A stretch of 32,000 bases of DNA from an uncultured Chloroflexia bacterium. Lineage in GTDB: Bacteria > Chloroflexota > Ktedonobacteria > Ktedonobacterales > JADMIN01. The translations under genes were made by a program, and so were the position numbers. The stretch spans positions 420,001-452,000 of the forward strand of contig CAVRAI010000007.1 in assembly GCA_963718915.1 (NCBI GenBank), given 5' to 3'. The notes below the pieces were generated by a model. That model was not told the DNA's origin. It worked only from the letters and a program-made list of their open reading frames with translations, and ran no database searches. Of the stretch, positions 28,495 through 32,000 are shown piece after piece; within the stretch, counting starts at the first letter, position 1, and every line of letters starts with the position of its first letter.

Positions 28495-30294
28495 GTGACT
28501 CGCGGGCAGATATGCGGTATAGTAGTGGCGCTTTTTTATGTCTTGTCGCGGACGAAGGGGTCTGGTGTGAGTGATTCGGAGCCTGCGGGCGAATCGCGCG
28601 GAATAGTCATATCTACAGATCAACAACTCGATGTGGTAGCCCGCCACTCAGAACAAACTGATGCAGCAGCAAGGTTTCGCTGGCTCCGTTCCCTTGGCAT
28701 CATCTTTTCATCGCCGTATCGCGAGCTACCACCCGCGCCACGCGGGCGCTGGCCACGTATCGCGCTGGCGCTGGTGACGATCATCGCGCTCGTCTTCGTC
28801 GTTTACTACACCGCCTATACGTGGTCGCTGCTCGACACCTTCCGCTCGAACGCGGAAGATATGGGCATCATGGATCAGGCGCTCTGGAATACGCTGCATG
28901 GGGCCATCCTCCACCAGACGATCTGTAACAGCATCACCGACACCAACTGTCTTGGCGATGTCTCACGCTTTGCCATTCACTTCGAGCCGATCATGCTGCC
29001 GCTCTCGTTGCTCTACCTGTTTGCCCCGACACCCAAAGCGTTGATGCTGCTCCAGATGCTCGTCGTGGCCAGCGGCGTCTATCCCGTCTTCTGGATCGCC
29101 TGTCGTCGCCTGAGCAGTCCACTGGCCGGTCTGCTCTTTGCCATTGCCTATCTCCTATATCCCCAGTTGCAAAGCGCTATCCTGTTCGATTTCCATGCCG
29201 TGACGCTGACGATGGCCTTTCTCGTCTTCGCCCTCTATTTCATGCTGACCAGAAATAACGTTGGGCTGCTGATCGCCTGCGTGCTGGCGCTTTCCACCAA
29301 AGAAGAGGTCCCACTTGATATCGTGATGATTGGCCTCGCCATCCTGCTCTTTCAGCGGCGCTGGAAACTCGGCGCGGGCATTATCGGCCTATCGCTCGCC
29401 TGGCTTGCCATGGCGATCATTGTGATGCACATCGCCAGCCCGGTGGGCCATTCGCCGACCGCCGCGCGCTATGGTTATCTGGGAGCCGATCCGATCCAGG
29501 CGGGCATTTACATCGTCACGCACCCTCTCCAGGTTCTGCGCGAAGAGATGCTCGACGACGCCGGGCTGACGTACCTGAGCATCCTGCTGGGGGCTTTCTC
29601 CTTCCTCGGGTTCGCCAGCCCGTTGACGCTCATCCTCTGCCTGCCGGCACTTTCGATCAACCTCCTCAGCAGCGACGCCAATATGCACGATGGGCTGCAC
29701 CAGTACAGCGCCGAGATCGTGCCCATCATGGTCTTTTCGGCCATCTCCGGCATCGCGCTGTTGCTCGAACTCGTGGCGCTGGGTCAGCGAAAACACGTCC
29801 TCAAGCCCGACGCATTCAGCAATCTGAGGAAATACATCAGCTACGCATTCACACGCCTGCGCCTGAAAACACCCACCGTATCGCGTGTCGCGTTGATCGT
29901 CCTGCTCGTGATTGCGTTCGCCGGATGCCTGATCCAGCAGCGGACGATGAATCTGGAGAATCCGCCAACGTTCCTGGCGCTGGCCTGGCCAACCACCACC
30001 GCGCACAGCGACCTGGCGAACAAGGTCGTGGCCATGATTCCAGCGGATGCCAGTGTCTCGGCGCAGAACACGCTGGTGCCGCACCTGAGTCACCGACGCT
30101 ACATCTATCAGTTTCCCTATGGTGCCGAGCAATCGGACTACGTCGTGCTCGACACTGCGGGATTCATCTACCCCTTCACCGACCAGCACGCCTATGACCA
30201 GAGCGTGCGAGACCTCCAGAGCAGCGGCCTCTTCCGCACTGTTTTCGCGCAGGATGGCTATCTCGTTCTGCAACGCGCCACACCAGGGTCATAG
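28495..30294 (+). CDS. DUF2079 family integral membrane protein. The start is uncertain (GTG 28495 or GTG 28567).
   Basis: The pattern EDMGIMDQALWNTLHG...RFAIHFEPIMLPLSLLYLFAPTPKALMLLQ is typical of DUF2079 from memory. There are more than 10 TM helices plus a C-terminal soluble domain. Confidence 0.8.
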   Translation: MTRGQICGIVVALFYVLSRTKGSGVSDSEPAGESRGIVISTDQQLDVVARHSEQTDAAARFRWLRSLGIIFSSPYRELPPAPRGRWPRIALALVTIIALVFVVYYTAYTWSLLDTFRSNAEDMGIMDQALWNTLHGAILHQTICNSITDTNCLGDVSRFAIHFEPIMLPLSLLYLFAPTPKALMLLQMLVVASGVYPVFWIACRRLSSPLAGLLFAIAYLLYPQLQSAILFDFHAVTLTMAFLVFALYFMLTRNNVGLLIACVLALSTKEEVPLDIVMIGLAILLFQRRWKLGAGIIGLSLAWLAMAIIVMHIASPVGHSPTAARYGYLGADPIQAGIYIVTHPLQVLREEMLDDAGLTYLSILLGAFSFLGFASPLTLILCLPALSINLLSSDANMHDGLHQYSAEIVPIMVFSAISGIALLLELVALGQRKHVLKPDAFSNLRKYISYAFTRLRLKTPTVSRVALIVLLVIAFAGCLIQQRTMNLENPPTFLALAWPTTTAHSDLANKVVAMIPADASVSAQNTLVPHLSHRRYIYQFPYGAEQSDYVVLDTAGFIYPFTDQHAYDQSVRDLQSSGLFRTVFAQDGYLVLQRATPGS

Positions 30295-30334
30295 CGATTG
30301 TTCCTGGCGGCCCTCTCCCCCGCCCCTCCCCCAG

Positions 30335-30356
30335 CCCCTCCCCTAAAAGGGAGGGG
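30335..30356. repeat. C/G-tract hairpin CCCCTCCC-CTAAAA-GGGAGGGG downstream of the DUF2079 gene
   Basis: An 8-bp perfect stem about 40 nt after the stop, preceded by the C-rich run CCCTCTCCCCCGCCCCTCCCCCAGCCCCTCCCC. Confidence 0.6.
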
Positions 30357-30396
30357 AGCCAGAGGATGTGCGAGTTGTCAGGCTCTCTTTGCTCTG

Positions 30397-30464
30397 AACC
30401 CGCGCAGGCGGGTTTTGTGACGGAGCGCAAGCGACGACGTTCAGGCGCGGTTTCAACCGCCCGC
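30397..30464. repeat. Uninterrupted copy of the repeat unit seen at 10802-10858 plus 11083-11093
   Basis: AACCCGC-GCAG-GCGGGTTTTGTG...CGTTCAGGCGCGGTTT-C-AACCGCCCGC. There is a 16-nt and a 10-nt exact match to the 10.8-kb locus and roughly three-quarters identity across the intervening stretch, judged by eye. Confidence 0.6.
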
Positions 30465-30533
30465 ATTCTGGTTCCCCCTCCCCTCGCGCGTAAGGCTTAT
30501 TTTGTGTGGAGGAGAGATTAGAGGAGAGGAGGA

Positions 30534-30731
30534 TTACTCCTCCACCTGATGGCGCTCTTCTTCGATGCGCTGCATGTTCTGGCGGTCGACATAAATCTCG
30601 TAATAAGTGAGCAGGCATTCATTGCAGATATGGACGTTGGGCCAGACGAGAGTGCTGGTGAACAAATGCTCCACCTCAGTGGCACGTTTGCCGCAGTGTG
30701 AGCATCGTGTTATTGTTCTTGTCGTCTTCAT
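30534..30731 (-). CDS. Stand-alone ClpX-type C4 zinc-finger mini-protein (65 aa)
   Basis: RCSHCGKRATEVEHLF....VHICNECLLTYYEI matches the ClpX N-terminal zinc-binding-domain pattern CxxCGK..xEVxxL...x(n)..ICxEC. SD AAGGAAGGA lies before the ATG at 30731. Confidence 0.7.
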   Translation of the reverse strand: MKTTRTITRCSHCGKRATEVEHLFTSTLVWPNVHICNECLLTYYEIYVDRQNMQRIEEERHQVEE

Positions 30732-30798
30732 GCTTCTCTGTCCTTCCTTTGGTCATCTTCCGGGTTCGCCAAAGGTTTAGGAGACCCCCAACACTTGG

Positions 30799-31260
30799 CT
30801 ATTTCTGGAGTGTGCAAGTCTTCCACCCACTCACAGTACCACAAGCTTTCGCTAGCTGAGCGCCCACCATTAAGCTATGCACAATACCGACGCCGATTGA
30901 CGAGAAATTGTCGCCGCTAGCGCCATAAATGCTGGCTGAGACGCGAGCACCGCCATTATTCGCTATGGTAAGGGCCCAACGGGCACTGCATGACCCGGAA
31001 TATTCCAGGTACACAACACCTATGGAGTTGCCGTACTGGTCGAAGACGGTTTTATGGTCGAGTGCCTGTTCCGTCAGGTCGCATCCATCAATATGAGGAT
31101 CATCGCCTGTGCAGTCAGAGCCGCGACAGGCTACATCAGGAGAAGCCTTAGGCACAGAAAGGCCATATGCCTTTACTTGGTACGCCGTGGACACTTGCGC
31201 ACCAACAGCCATCGCGAGCACCAAAAGAACGATGAACAGCCGAGCAATGCGGTGTGCCAT
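30799..31260 (-). CDS. Secreted DUF2690 domain protein. The start is 31260 or 31272.
   Basis: A signal-peptide-like MAHRIARLFIVLLVLAMAVGAQV, then CRGSDCTGDDPHIDGCD...VVYLEYSGSCSARWA, matching the DUF2690 pattern from memory (C.G..C.G.DP...GC...v.LrYS..C...WA). Confidence 0.7.
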   Translation of the reverse strand: MAHRIARLFIVLLVLAMAVGAQVSTAYQVKAYGLSVPKASPDVACRGSDCTGDDPHIDGCDLTEQALDHKTVFDQYGNSIGVVYLEYSGSCSARWALTIANNGGARVSASIYGASGDNFSSIGVGIVHSLMVGAQLAKACGTVSGWKTCTLQK

Positions 31261-31549
31261 AGCGGAGACCATCCCTTCTCTGTGAGGCATGCAGTAACCC
31301 GACTCACAGATACTTGTAACCATGACTCTACATGACACAACCAAACGTACCCTGCACAACAACCAATGTCACGTATCTTCTGTTTGTCTTTTTGACACGC
31401 TTTACAACTGGAGGGGCGTTTTCTGTGTTTCCTGGCACGAAAACGTCCTACGGCGCGTTGGCGAAGGTAGCCAATTGTGTGGCAATATGGCGGAACGGGC
31501 TGGGTTTCCCTCGCATACGCGCCCTAGGGGGAGAGGGCCGACGGCCCAT

Positions 31550-31588
31550 AAAAAAACAAGCGCGACACCGAGGGGTCGGCATCGCGCT
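31550..31588 (-). terminator. Rho-independent terminator of the Fe-S protein gene
   Basis: On the minus strand: AGCGCGAtgCCGAccccTCGGtgTCGCGCT followed by TGTTTTTTTA, starting 20 nt after the stop at 31608-31610. Confidence 0.7.
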
Positions 31589-31607
31589 CGAATGAAATGG
31601 CGGCACC

Positions 31608-32000
31608 TCAGGACTGGTTGAGCACCGGCAGCTTCGAGACGCTCCAGCGATTGTTCGCGCTGCCCGTCTGGAACTGCACCATCGAGATGGCATCCGTTGG
31701 GCAGCGGACGATACAGAGGCCGCAGCGAATGCACTTCTCCTCGTCGATAATCATGTCGGCGCCACCTTCCCAGCTCGTTCCCGCCAGCTGATGGAGCGGA
31801 TCGCCCTTGACGACGCGCGTCAACCCCTGCATGCTGATGCAGTCGTAGGGGCAGATGTCCACACAGCCGCTGCACAGAATGCAGATGGATGGGTCGATCA
31901 TGATATTGAGCTGGCACTGCAAACAGCGCCTCGCCTGGGTAATCGCTTCCTCCGGGCTGTAGCCGGTCTCCGCCTCAGCCGTGATGCTGAAGCGCTTCTG
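31608..32000 (-). CDS. 4Fe-4S dicluster domain protein, C-terminal part (the 5' end lies off-window)
   Basis: The frame is open to the window edge. Two CxxCxxCxxxCP motifs are present (CILCSGCVDICP and CIRCGLCIVRCP), preceded by EEAITQARRCLQC. Confidence 0.8.
   Translation of the reverse strand, partial: QKRFSITAEAETGYSPEEAITQARRCLQCQLNIMIDPSICILCSGCVDICPYDCISMQGLTRVVKGDPLHQLAGTSWEGGADMIIDEEKCIRCGLCIVRCPTDAISMVQFQTGSANNRWSVSKLPVLNQS

Noticed and set aside
31322-31621. Plus-strand ORFs 31322-31621 and 31332-31595, and minus-strand ORF 31402-31917, near the right end
   Set aside because: They have no SD and no motifs. They overlap the terminator and the Fe-S gene in the wrong frame. The Fe-S frame with its two CxxCxxCxxxCP motifs explains the region.

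Overview
This is a high-GC bacterial chromosome segment that uses Shine-Dalgarno sites, with a few AT-rich promoter patches and one visibly lower-GC islet near the right end. The gene content and the intergenic repeat vocabulary suggest a Chloroflexota (Ktedonobacteria-like) genome, but that is a guess. Relevant gene content includes many DUF-type membrane proteins, DUF2690, a Ser/Thr kinase, and WYL, TetR and ArsR regulators. I can support about 25 protein-coding genes. In window order they are: an ArsR-type wHTH ORF that enters from the left edge and runs with no stop into an orphan F1-ATPase beta (AtpD) homologue; a DHA2-type MFS transporter; a small 2-TM protein; a DUF4388 protein; MoeA; a membrane Ser/Thr kinase; a class-I aminotransferase (frame-disrupted); a Cys/Met-family PLP enzyme; DUF2851; methylcrotonyl-CoA carboxylase beta; DUF2807; a TMEM175/DUF1211 channel-like protein; a second MFS divergent from a YafY/WYL regulator; sucA-sucB (2-oxoglutarate dehydrogenase E1/E2); a TetR-DUF2568 pair; a Gly-rich polytopic membrane protein; a GH3 lipoprotein (frame-disrupted); DUF2079; a stand-alone ClpX-type zinc-finger mini-protein; a DUF2690 secreted protein; and a partial 4Fe-4S protein. 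I saw no rRNA, tRNA, CRISPR array, transposase, integrase or recognisable phage or defence gene. Five things are most worth a second look. (1) The stop-less ArsR-HTH::AtpD reading frame and the orphan context of atpD. (2) Two single-nucleotide frame disruptions in otherwise intact genes. (3) A modular family of intergenic repeats, including a 224-bp segment with 10-bp terminal inverted repeats that interrupts a repeat whose uninterrupted copy lies 19.5 kb away. (4) Two strongly structured intergenic elements (9292-9373 and 13578-13716). (5) The lower-GC ClpX-ZnF/DUF2690 islet. All family names are from memory of motifs; no searches were run.
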